A DNA stretch of 64,000 bases. It comes from Selaginella moellendorffii. Lineage: Eukaryota > Plantae > Lycopodiophyta. Below, piece by piece: positions 1-11,329 of this stretch; the first letter of the stretch is position 1, and every line of letters starts with the position of its first letter. The translations under genes were made by a program, and so were the position numbers. Under the pieces are notes generated by a model that searched no databases, was not told where the DNA came from, and saw nothing but the letters and a program-made list of their open reading frames with translations. The DNA lies in assembly GCF_000143415.4 (NCBI RefSeq), contig NW_003314300.1, positions 1,533,014 through 1,597,013 of the forward strand, written 5' to 3'.

Positions 1-3000
1 TCGTGGCATAGGCGTTGTCTTGGATATAGATCATCGAGCGGCTGAAGGTGGCGTGAAGGACTTCTGGCGCATTCTACTGTCAGCAACGGTTATAGAAACT
101 AGCGAAGTTGCAGACGTGATCGCGGTTGGATGCCAAATGCTGAGAATTTCGAGTGAGCTTCGAGATCTTGGTGAGTCTTTCGGACAAATTCAAAACTGCT
201 TCTTAACTAGCTCTTGAATTTCAGGTGCTTTACCGGTGCTCTTTTCTTCCGTGAAATCACTGGGACCAGACGAAGGCTTGCAGTTTCTGTCGCCCTCTTT
301 GTTCGCGCAGGGTCTTAAAAGCTTCTTTTGCGATCCTTTACTTCTAAATGCACTACGGAAGATGATCGAGAACATGCCCGAAGCTCAAGCTCCTGAAGTC
401 GTGAACATGGTGTCAAGGGACGCTTTGGAAACGCTTCGAATGATCAACAGTACCGACGTGGTTGTCGAAGCAGTGGTGATGGCCTCAGGGGAACTTCATG
501 CACAGATTTTGGAAAATCTCAACATTACATCAACAAATGCTTACCAAGTAGGGGTCAACGTGAGGCAGCTTGTCAACTCAGTTGTAGCAGAGCCACTTTT
601 CGATCTTCTGGTCAAGATCTCGAAAGGAAAGGTGAAGAAACTTGCAGAATGGGCAGGGTTGAAGGCTTTCTTTCTTCTTCGGCTATACTTGATATGCCGG
701 ATGCTGCACCGACAGTGTATCTCACTTATGGCCCCTCTCAAGGCAGGGAAAGCGGCTGAAGCAGCGCACGAGCTACACTTGGACTCGTTAGAAATCGACT
801 GGATGGAGATAGCTTTGGAACCGCAGGACTTGTCCACTTTCTCGTGGATTGGACAGGCAACTAGCGTTACCGCTCTTATCAACGGACTTCTTCTAGTGAC
901 GCGGAAGAAGTCATTTCCATCGTTATACTATTTGATGGATCTCCTTGCAATTCAGCGCCTGAGTGACTTGCAAAGGTATATCCAGTCCGTTGAGTATTTC
1001 GAAGCGAAACTTACCTCCTCTTCTGTTGAAGATCCAGTTTTGCACTCGCTCGACAGTGTGGATTATCAGAACGGAAAGTCATCGTCAGAAGGTGATGTCC
1101 GTCAGTTGCTACTGGATTTCAAGGCCGAAGCGAAAGACTTGGTCGTTTTACTCCTTGATGGTGGCACCTCGTGCTCACTCAAGGAGATTGGTGAGACGGT
1201 GATCACGTCTTGGAATGGAGTTGTGGTGATGCTAACGGAGGAAAGCATGCCTTCGGCAAGATGGCAACTCATTTCTCGTACAATAGACCTTTGGTCAAGA
1301 TATGCTTCCAGGAAATGTCTTACGAGCTGCCTTAGTTACGCCTTGATCACTTGGAGGCCTGAACCTCCAGCATTCGCTCAACGTCCCATTACTCGTGAGC
1401 TTCTTCATAATCTTCTATTTTGTGAGAACCAGGTGATGTTTATCTTCTAGTTTGATGGTTTCTAACGTTTAGACATTTCTTTTTGCAGAGGGTCCAAACT
1501 GCTCTTCTACCAGCTGCTTGGAAGGCTCTACGGAAACTTCTGCATCTGGAAATAGAATTCAAGAAGTTCAAGAAACCTTCTTTTACAGGCTTTGAGTCGT
1601 CAACCTTGAACATCCAGCTGTTGCCGGACTCAACGTTAGAAACATGCATTGGTCTTTTCCAACTTATTGCTTCCTTTCCTTGGGGACAAAAGAAGGAGCT
1701 GGATACAATGCAGTGCATTTTCTCGGTTTGCTATGTCGAAAGGTACCGCTTTTTTTCTTTGTTTTGCTTATAAGAATCTGTTTTTTTTTTTTCCAGACTC
1801 GCCTTAAGTATGTTGGCTGCAATTATCAAGAACAGATCAGAAATCTCAGGTGTCAAGATATTTGAGCTTTTTGCCGTCTGCAGACAGACAACAAAAGCAT
1901 TCGCGATTACCCGCAGCAAACAGATCGGTAGCGACGTTCCGGGATTCGATATGGACCTTTTCAGCTGGCTATATCGATCCATCAACATGGCCTCAGATTG
2001 CGCAATGAAGTTGAAAGAAAGGAGTGCTTTTGTGGCTGAATCCATCGGTGGCTCGCTGGCTTCCGCTGTCAAGAGTACGCAGTCATACATCCAGCATATT
2101 TTGAACCAGATCTTCGCGTTGGAATCGAGCTGCCTCCTTGTCAAGCGGTCCGAAGCACGGGCGGAATCAGTTGACAGGGACGACGACACTAAGTTCCTGT
2201 TCAAATGTATACAGCAAGCCGACAGTGCCTGGGACGCAGATGACAATGAGCTGCAAAGCTACAGCTTTCTTGGATCGATATCTTTCGCAAGGAGTCTTTT
2301 GTGGACAGCTGCTGAAACTCTCGGGCTCCTGGACAGAAAATGTCAAGAAGACAAAAGCAGAGAGTTACGATGGCTGACAACGATTCCTTGGGTGTCGTCT
2401 CTCAGAAGTATTGAGCAAAAGGTTGTTACCATGCTACTGGGACGTATTGCAGAAGCCCGGGGTACAGAGTCACGGCAGAGCAGTATTCTAGACGTGTTTC
2501 TGGACTCGAAAAACATCGATGTGAAGGCCCTGAAAGTTGAGACACTACTGGAGGACCAGGAGGACGATGAGAGCACCGATGAAAGCGACAGTGAAAAAGA
2601 AGAGCAAGAAGACGAAGGAAAGTCTGAAACTTCGAGCGACGACGAGGATCCAAAAGTAGAACCGGCTCAAGACATTGACATGGAGGAAGTGAACGTTCAA
2701 GCGGACGAGACATCTCAACTACATCCACTGGACGAATCGCAGAAAGCTGCTCTAAGCTGGCTGTTCGACAGCGGCTTGCAACGAGAACGATCGGAAATCG
2801 TTGGGGAGCTCTTGATGGCCATGGCTGCCTTGGTGAAGCTGAGAAGTCTACACTTTTCGCCGTATGCTTTGAAAGCGTCTTCTATCGGTAAGACGGCGGC
2901 TCGTTCGACAGTCAGTGCAGTGCTGGAAGTTGTCTATTCACTTCTCACCGAGGCAACGTCCCTTATGTATCACGCTGCGCCCGCCAAGCGTACGTGTTTC

Positions 3001-4495
3001 TTCTGGATTTTCGGAGCAGTCAAGTGCATGGAGTCACTCGGGCTTGTTCTACCTTCGCTTCAACCTCCGTTAGCTCGAGCAGAGTACCTGAGACTTTTGA
3101 CGCTGCATATTGATCTCCTGGGAGCTGTTATATGGCTGCAGTCGTCCGAAATAAGAGCCGACTTTGGCCGTTTCTACGGAGACTTGGGTGCTGCGATCAG
3201 GGATTCGTTTTGTGCGCTCATCAAGTTCGCACCAGTGCCGCAGCTTCTTCTTGCGTTTCAGACTATTCAAAAGGCACTTTGTGGAAGCTCTGACGTCTCC
3301 AAGTTCAGCTCCGCTTTGAGACTCGGTGACTGTGACGATGGAAGAGTTGGAGTTGTAACTGCGGCTTGTGTGGAGTGCCTCGCAGTCGCTCTGGACGCTG
3401 TTTCAGGTAAGTTGCTGTTTTATTTTTCCATCGTGACCTCTATGATCGTCTTTTTGTTTTACAGGTCCACGACGTTTAAAAGTCCTTGCAAAGTACTCTC
3501 CGAGATTCATCGCCGAGCTAGTGAATCTAATCACGCATCTTCAAGGACCAGCTGTGTTTTATAAGAAAAAACGACAGGAAGAGAGGCCAGCTACAGTCGC
3601 CTCCTCCTCCGTCCTTCTCCAGAGCCTGGACATCATAACAAGGATCGCTTCCCGCGAAGTCATTTTCTCTATGAAAGCCACTCACGTTGCTCTTGCTCTG
3701 CACAGTCCCGTGGGTATTTTAAAGCCAGTATATCAGTTCAAGCTCCCAAGCTACACCAAGCACAGGAATCCCCGCTTCAAGATTGAGGATGGCAATGTGG
3801 ACGCTGAGGTCGTCTTGCATTTTTATATTGCATCGTGCAAGCTGCTATATACAGTCTTAAAACATCGGAAAAGGTAACATACTTGATCATTTTGAGCATC
3901 CATCTAAAGCGCTCTCTTTTGTCCTCTCACAGAGAGAGCGGCCGCGCTATTGCACTTCTGGGAGAATCTCTTCGTGTGCTGTTACACTGTTTGGAAAGTT
4001 CATCAAAGCTTTGTACAATGACTACGCAGTGTGCCCGTTGGCTTCGCCGAATATATGAAGAGGTAACTTTTCTTTGCCGTGTTTTACATGTTTTTTTTTG
4101 CCGTGAAACATTGTTTCCCGTCGATTCAGCTCGGAGAACAGAAAGAGACCTTGGGAAGGTACTGCATAAACGTCCTCTCCGATTATCTGTCCGTTTTGTC
4201 AGGAGCTGGACCTTTTGAAGCCGGCCTGGACAGGTAAAGTCCCTTTCTTTTCCCTTCGTATCGTAAACCAAAACTTCCTTTCAGGGAGGTGGACAAGGAG
4301 CTTCGACCGGGCGTGTACGCACTCTTGAGCTCGTCTCAAGATCTACAGCAACTCCACGCCACACTTGGAGGTTACGCCTTGCATTCGTGTCATGAGATTC
4401 TCACTGTTGATCTAGCAGAAGGACCTCTGAGAAGCAATCTTGCGATGATTAGGAAAGACTACGAGAAAAACTTCAAGTACACCGGAAAAATCTAA
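1..4495 (+). CDS. URB2: Urb2/Npa2-family nucleolar pre-ribosomal protein, 5'-partial, multi-exon (approx. exons ..170, 225-1432, 1489-1742, 1797-3406, 3465-3873, 3933-4062, 4130-4233, 4285-4370, 4419-4495)
   Basis: ORFs are joined by canonical ~50-70 nt GT-AG introns. The C-terminus LRPGVYALL...LQQLHATLGEGPLRSNLAMIRKDYEKNFKYTGKI matches the Urb2 C-terminal domain pattern. Confidence 0.8.
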
Positions 4496-4518
4496 CCTGG
4501 TACGTAAGAACGTTCCAG

Positions 4519-6955
4519 TCAATATGATGGATTCTGCCATCCTTGATATGCCTGGTTTGGATCTTGCATGCAAGCCTGGCTTGGATCGTAAGCCTGGTAC
4601 TGGTATCCTTGGTTGGGGTCTTGCACGTAAGGGTCCTGATAAAAACCATAACTTTGCATCTGAGGACCTTGCATATACATCTGCTGCATCTGAGGATCTT
4701 GCATATACATCTGCTGCATCGGATCTTGCATGTACATCTGCTGCACCTGTGGATCTTGCATATACATTTGCATCTGAGGATCTTGATATCCTTGGTATAA
4801 GTTCCCTGCCATTTGTCCATATGGATCTGTCTGGTAGAACGTGTAGTCTCCAGGAATCTGGCCTTGAAGGTATGCCGCTTGCATGTAGTTTGGATCGTTG
4901 TAGAGAGCCCCGCTCTGCATGTATCCTGCTTGTGGACTTTGCATCCAGGGAGACATTGCAGCCAGTGGATTCTGAGCTACAAATCCCTGCGGGAAAGCTC
5001 CCACTGCTGAGTCTGCCTGCTGCCGAGGACTTGCCCAGGAATCGTCATCTTGAGCAGAGGCTTGTTCGTCCTCCGCTGTTGCTTTGCCTTTGCCTTTCTG
5101 CTTGCGAGACTTCTTTGATCCAGCGTCGGACGACGTCTCGAATGGTGGTGACTTCTTCCCTTTGCCTTTCTTGCTTCTCTTGCTGGTGGAACTCGCTTGA
5201 GAGCTTGTTGCTGACGAACTCTTTGGTATGGAATCCGCAGGTGTGTCTTCCTCCAGCCACGACGGGAACAGCGTGTCTTCGTCCTCTTCCACCAGAGCGG
5301 CGGCTCTCTTCTTGGCGGTTTCGTCGTGCTCCTCGCCTTCAAGGATGATATCAATCACCGCCGACGGCTCGACGTGCTCCTGTTCCTCCTCCTTGGGCTT
5401 GACGGCCTGCTTTACCTCCTGGGCAACGCTCTCCCACCTCTTGCTGACGCGCATCACGAACCACGTCCGGTACAGTATGGCAAGCAGCGCAGCAATCACC
5501 ACGATGTTGACAACCGAGGCCTTGTACCACTTGCTCTTGACGTTCTGCAAGATGCCGGCCTTGCAAGAGTCGCAGTCGAGGCAGAGCTCGTTGGCGTTCC
5601 ACACCGAGCAGTCCGCGTCCGCGTCCGGGGTGCTGGGAAGCCGCCAGTTGGTCCCGCCTTGGTAAGCAAAGCCACAGGGAAATGGTGGAGCGCAGCATCC
5701 AGACTGCGTACAGCACAAAGTTTACGTGAGAAGAGCAGCAACGTTTACGTGAGAAGAGCAACGATCGATTCAACAACGAAAGAGAAGATGGAGAGGGGAC
5801 CTGTGTGGAGGACAGCTTTGCGGAGTACACCTCCTCGGCCGAGCCAAGGTTCCAGTTGTGACAGAAGCTCCCTTTGGCGACGCACGACCGGATGTCCTGC
5901 CAGTGCGATCCATTCCCGACCAGCTTCCTCTGGAGCCACTTGGAGTAGTCCGTGAAGCGGTACCGCCGGAAGGCTATGCCTGGCAGCTTCTTCCCGCCAC
6001 CTCGATAAGTCACGGCGAAGCCAAACAGGGTGAAGCACAGCAGCATGACAACCAGCACGGCCGTGAGGAAGAAGTGGATCTTGACGATGCCGAAACGGTT
6101 CCACCACACTCCAGCGAATCCAGCCAGGGAGATCCCGAGTAGCAGCAGGCTGAAGAGGAAGCCGATGGTCACGGCCGGAGTGAGGAGGAAGGCCAGACAC
6201 TCTCTTTTAAACGCGGAAGCCAGGGAGATGGAGACTCCGAGAACTGGGATCGCCAAACCCGCGCTAAAGGCGTTGAGTCCCAGCAGCATGAGCGAGAACC
6301 AATCGTCCTGGACTTTGCCGATCGCCCAGCCTTTGTCCTCGAAAGTTTTGCGCCAGGCTACCAGCTTGTTCGTGATCCCGGACGCCGCCTCTCCGCCCAG
6401 GTTCGCCATCTCTTTCTCCAGCTCCTCTCCAGAGTGCTTCATCTTCTCCCCGGTTTCTTTCATCCTCTTGCCAGTCTCTCGCATCTTCTTCTTCGCGTCG
6501 GCCTGGAGCTCCTTCCCTTTGGCCTTCATCTTGGCTTTCATCTCCCTCCCGCCTTTCTCCATCTTGGCCTTGAGCTCGTGAGACTTGTCTCTCATCTTCT
6601 TCTTCATCCCCGCTCTTGTGTCTTTCATCTTCTTCTTCATCTCCTCCGACTTCTCTTTGACCTTGTCCTTCATCTTCTTGCGCAGCTCGTTCCCCTTGGC
6701 TTTCATCTTCTGCCGCATCTCCACCCCCTTCTTCTTCATCTTCTCCTCCAGCTTGGCGCCCTGCGATTTCATCTTTGCTTGCATCTTCTTGCCGCCGGCC
6801 TTGAGCAGATTCCCCAGCCCCGACGCGAGTTTGCTCTTCTTCCCATCTTTCTTCGCTCCCGATTTCTTGTCCTTCTTCTTCGTCTCTTTCCCCTTCGCTT
6901 TGAGCGCCCCCGGCTTTCCCTTGCCGTGCTGCTTCTTCCCCTTCTTCGGAGCCAT
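4519..6955 (-). CDS. Tetraspanin with long N- and C-terminal low-complexity extensions (~779 aa; exons 6955-5801 and 5703-4519)
   Basis: Four TM segments. EC2 reads YRFTDYSKWLQRKL..WQDIRSC..Q|SGCCAPP..C..DC..W....LC.DCDSCKAG, the plant tetraspanin signature. The single intron (5704-5800) is at the usual plant TET position just before SGCC. Confidence 0.9.
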
Positions 6956-7168
6956 GCCGATCGATCAATCCAATCCAGCTACAGCGCGCCGGAACCTCCA
7001 ATTGCCATTTCTCCCTCGCGTCAAACCCGCCTTCTCCAAGAACCCTAAAAATTCGAATTCGAAAATTTGAATTTGAATTTACCGCGCACGCCAATACTAA
7101 ATACAATTGGAATTCCATCGCTCCTTTGGACGTCACACAAAATCTAGAAGAACAAAAGAATCACTCAC

Positions 7169-10100
7169 TCACTCTGCTCTCTCGATCATCAAAGAAGCTT
7201 GCAGCTCCTCTAGTTGTTCATCGTTCAAGCCTTCGAGACAATCCTTTGCGCTCGCAAAGATCTGTGCCTGGCCTCTCGACTGCTCATCGTCCTTTGCGCT
7301 CGCAACGATCTGTGCCTGGCCTCTCGACTGCTGCTCTACCGCCTCCTGCTCGAATCCATCGTCGTCGCCCAGCGAAGAAATCTTGAAGAGCCCCGGCCCG
7401 TTGAGACGCTGCTCCCTATCCGAGACGTTCTCCTTGGTCACCACCTCTCCATCCGCCGAGACCTTGAGCTGCTTCTTCTGCGACGATCTTCCAGAGCTGA
7501 GCTTCCTCATCGACTTGCTGCGAGCGCTCGATCTCTTACCGCTGCTACTCCTGCTCGTCTCCTTCGGCTTCCTCTCCGGGGGAGTTACCAGCAGGAGCCG
7601 CGACATCACGTAAGCCAGCAGCTCCTCCCTGTGCGCGAACGTAAAGTCGAGGTGCGCGTACTCGTACTCCTGGTACGAGGCCTGCCCCCCCGCGGCCTTG
7701 AGCGTCTCGTAGTGCTTCCTCACCATGCTCCTCGGGATGAGCCGGTCCTTCTTCCCGGCCACGAAGTCCACCGGAATGTCGATCACGTCGTAGAAGGCCG
7801 CCACGTCCAGCGGCTCCGGCGTCCCATACGCCTCCGTGTTGGCCTCGACGCTGCCAAAGTCGTACATGATGAACCTCTTGGCGCGCAGCATCTGTGTCAT
7901 GTGCTCCGCCACCATGTACGCCACCCCGGGCATGTCGTCCATGTTGTAGTGCGTCTGTCCCAGCGCTCCGACCCAGTTGGAGCTGTCGCCACCCACGACG
8001 GAGCCGCAGAGGAGCTGGACGAGGCCGCCGAGAGCTGGATAGTTTTGAAAGTCGCGGGCGAGCTTGTTGAGAACCATCCGCAAGAACTTCGTTGGAATGT
8101 AGATACCGGGGACGAGAGGCCGCAGCACCGGACCCAGCAGAGGAATGAGGTACTGCAAGATGTAGAAAAGCCAGGGCGAGTCCTCGTGGAATCCAGCCGG
8201 CGAGAGAAGGATGAGCCTCGAGAGTCGATGCGGCCGGCCTTCGAGGCGAGCTGTGACGAGGTACATGAGCATGGCCGCACCGCCTAAGCTGTGAGAGATC
8301 CCGCACAGCGTGTAAGGCATCTCCTCCTCGGTAGTGGCCGAAGGGGATTCGGATAGTTCCTGCAGCTCGGACGTCTTGAGCTCGTGTAATCTGTTTATCA
8401 TGGCAGGGACGTCCTGCGTGGCGTGCTCGTTCACTGAGTATCTCCAATATCTGAAGAACAAAGGTCCCAAGGCATAAGATTGTAGAAGGGAAGGGGAGAT
8501 GAAAGAGCAGCCTGACCTCTCGGAAGAAATATGTTTATTTACATGCTCTCTGGACACTAGCCCTCGAAAGTTGCCCAGAAATACATCGTACCCTGGAAAA
8601 AGCCAACACCGTTACACGAAACGAGTGAAATGGAGATTGTCACTTACCATGGTCGTACGCAGCGAACGCCTGCGAGCCTACAACACCATTTGAGACCCAT
8701 CTGGAAATTTTTAACAGCTTTGATACGAACGAAAAGAAAAAATGCTATAGATACTCACCCGAGTGACGAGTCAAACATTCCATGCTGCAAATACACCACT
8801 TTTTGCGAATCCCGTCTGCAAACTCATGTCAACAAAAACAATTACATCTCAAGCATCGACAGGTTACCTGGGAATTCTTTCTAATAAAAGTACATATCCG
8901 TCCTCAGTGGTTACTCGGAGACATTCATATGGGTAACTGCAATGCAATATTTAGTCCAAGAAAGATTGCAAAAAAACAGAAAGAAAATGTCGATACTCAC
9001 CCAAGGTCAGTAATGATATCCTTACAAGTCCTAGCATCGGTGTTTAATCTCTGTTTGGGCCTCGCTTCTCGAAACGTTGGAGCTGGATCAGCATCGCCCA
9101 GAACACTCTTCTGCTCGAGAGAAGGCGCTTCTTCTTGCTGGCAAAAAATCTTCCGAGCTAAGGCTTTCATAGTCTGAATGGGTGAGATAAAGTAGAATAG
9201 AATGTTGTGCATCACGTCAAAAAATCTCTCGATGGAAAGCTCCATCAAAAGCTGTAAGTCCTGAGCAAAGGAACACAAAAAAGAGGCTTAGCTCTTCGAG
9301 ACCTTTCGACAAAGGACTAAATCACTTACCTCGATCACACCTCTTCTTCGACTATCCGAGCTTTGGTGCAGCATCACAAAGTCTCTCATGCTGTTGAAGC
9401 GTTTGCTGGCCAGGCTATACAAGCTCGTAAAGCTCCCGGAGCTTCCACTCCGGCTGTGAGATATAAATCTCCTCTTGCTGCTCTCTCTTGGCTGCTGCCT
9501 CCATACCAGTATAGGCCAAGCTATCAAACGCAAGAAACGCCGAAAGAGAGAGGACCTCCCCTGCCTTCTCGACATGCTGCTCGACCTCGAAAAATGCGAA
9601 GTTTGTGAAGATGGCGACGGTGGCATACTATCGTCGTCCAACCCAGATTCATACTCGGACTCAGTCTCACTGTCGGTATCAGCCGCGTACTCGTGAATAA
9701 ATTCGTTGAAGGAAGAAACTCCACTATAAAAGGAAACAAAAGAAAACGATCATTCAAGAAACGTGAAGACAATTAGAATTAATTCTTACTGACAATGAAG
9801 AAGAAAAACTTGCAACCATCACGACTGGAAGGAAACTAAAACGAATCAAACTTAAAAAACTGCAAGGACGATCCTGTCTAAATCAGCTAAAAAGGACAGA
9901 ATTCTCACTGACCAGAGAGAGAACGAACAGCACATAAAAAAGGCAACCAAATTGAAAGGACTTGCCACGCATCAGCAACACAGAAGCACACATCTCCCTT
10001 TGGACGAATCTCGATCACGGAATGAAATAATACTTGGAATATTCAAGAACTTAAGGTGGAACCCTGTCTACTCTACCGACAATGAGGAAATAAAAACTTG

Positions 10101-10585
10101 CGACCATTAGAACAGGAAGTAAACTTAAGCGAATCAAAAACTCGCAAGGAACTTAGAAACGATCGTGTCTAAAAAGGACTGGTCACAGAGAGATCTAACA
10201 CCACAAAGAAAAAGGAAACCAAAAGCATTCGAAAGAACAAACCGACTTTGGACGACTCTCTATCACGAAATCACGAAAACTTGGAAAGATCTAAGAACTT
10301 ACTTCTCCATCCATCGCGGCATACGAGCAGCACGAAAGGTCGGTTGGAGCTCCCATCCTTGTATGCCCTCGAGCATTGCCGTCTTCCCAGGAATGAGCGT
10401 GAGAAGCATTCCCGAGAATCCATTGATGAGCTTGATCGTGATGTTGAAGGCCTCCTGCGTGAAGGTCTTGATCGACCTGGAGGAGCGCGGGAAAGGAAAG
10501 AATCAAAATCTAGACGAGAGCCCCAAAACCCCCTAGCTTACTCTTTGGCGACGCCCAATGCGCCCTCAACCACGCTCTCGATCAT
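7169..10585 (-). CDS. Alpha/beta-hydrolase lipase (abhydro_lipase type, At1g73920/At1g18460-like), multi-exon
   Basis: N-terminus MIESVVEGALGVAKE|SIKTFTQE...GWELQPTFRAARMPRWME; LNTDARTCKDIITDLGYP; VFLGNFRGLVSREH; nucleophile elbow SHSLGG; YAHLDFTF; canonical introns. Confidence 0.88.
7242..7332. repeat. 48-nt tandem duplication in the lipase C-terminal tail (QSRGQAQI(V/F)ASAKD x2)
   Basis: Near-identical copies start at 7242 and 7290. Confidence 0.9.
9752..10302. repeat. Diverged ~290-bp tandem duplication inside a long lipase intron
   Basis: Matching blocks gacaatga..aaaacttgc.accat, ctaaaaaggac, ctttggacga, aagaactta at ~9791-10053 and ~10078-10301. Confidence 0.7.
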
Positions 10586-10922
10586 CGCCGCGGCGCACAC
10601 GCATGGATGGATCGACCGCTCGCCCCGCCCGGAGAGAAGAAGAAATTTAGGGTTAACACGATCACCAGCGTCCCTTAGCTCGCCACAAAGCGCAAAGCGC
10701 AAATCCAGCAATTCACAGCAAAATGCTTCGCGAGATCCCTCAACACGCTTCCCCAATCAACAAAAAACCCCCACTCTAGTCTTTCCGATCTTCCCCCAAT
10801 CCAACAGTCGCAAGCGCGCCAGCAATGCGCCCTTCTGCGCCCGACATGTGGCACGGTCCCAATCGTCCACACGTGGACCGTCGAGATCTAGGAAGATTTA
10901 GGGCTTTGGGCGATTGGAGATT

Positions 10923-10930
10923 TAGGGTTT
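10923..10930 (-). promoter_or_regulatory. Telo-box (AAACCCTA) just upstream of the rpl33 ATG
   Basis: tagggttt ends 7 nt before the ATG. Telo-boxes are typical of plant ribosomal-protein gene 5' regions. Confidence 0.6.
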
Positions 10931-10937
10931 ATAGGCG

Positions 10938-11114
10938 ATGGCGAAGGGGAAGAAGACTGGGCGCATTCTCATCCGCCTCGTCTCCTCGGCGGCCACGGGA
11001 TTCTTCTATGTCACCTCCAAGAATCCGCGCAAGACGCCCCACAAGCTGGAGCTCGTCAAGTACGATCCACGGGTAAACAAGCACGTCGTCTTCAACGAAG
11101 CAAAGATGCGATGA
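10938..11114 (+). CDS. rpl33: Organellar (probably mitochondrial) ribosomal protein bL33, 58 aa, intronless
   Basis: Manual translation [58 protein letters not shown], a classic bL33 motif set. It is below the ORF-track cutoff. Confidence 0.95.
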   Translation: MAKGKKTGRILIRLVSSAATGFFYVTSKNPRKTPHKLELVKYDPRVNKHVVFNEAKMR

Positions 11115-11329
11115 AGAAGACGAAGAACGCGCAAAATGTAGGCTAGTTTTTTCCACAAATTCTCTTCTGGGTTTATTCACAAGATCGATGCTGGCATGGA
11201 GCTCGAGTGTCAGCCACTGCCCAAGAACAAAATACCACTGTCAAGAACAAAAAGGATGGAAAATTTACGTACCATTGTCGCAGTGATCCAAAGTTTCTTC
11301 GGTGAGATCCTCCAAAACTCTTGCGCTTT

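Noticed and set aside
5351-5800. 3' part of the 534-aa ORF as real protein
   Set aside because: Read-through of the tetraspanin intron into the wrong frame.
7214-8287. 357-aa plus-strand ORF (and similar long ORFs at 4524-5348, 18184-19053, 19948-21063, 22065-22697)
   Set aside because: Antisense shadows of GC3-rich real genes; no motifs of their own.
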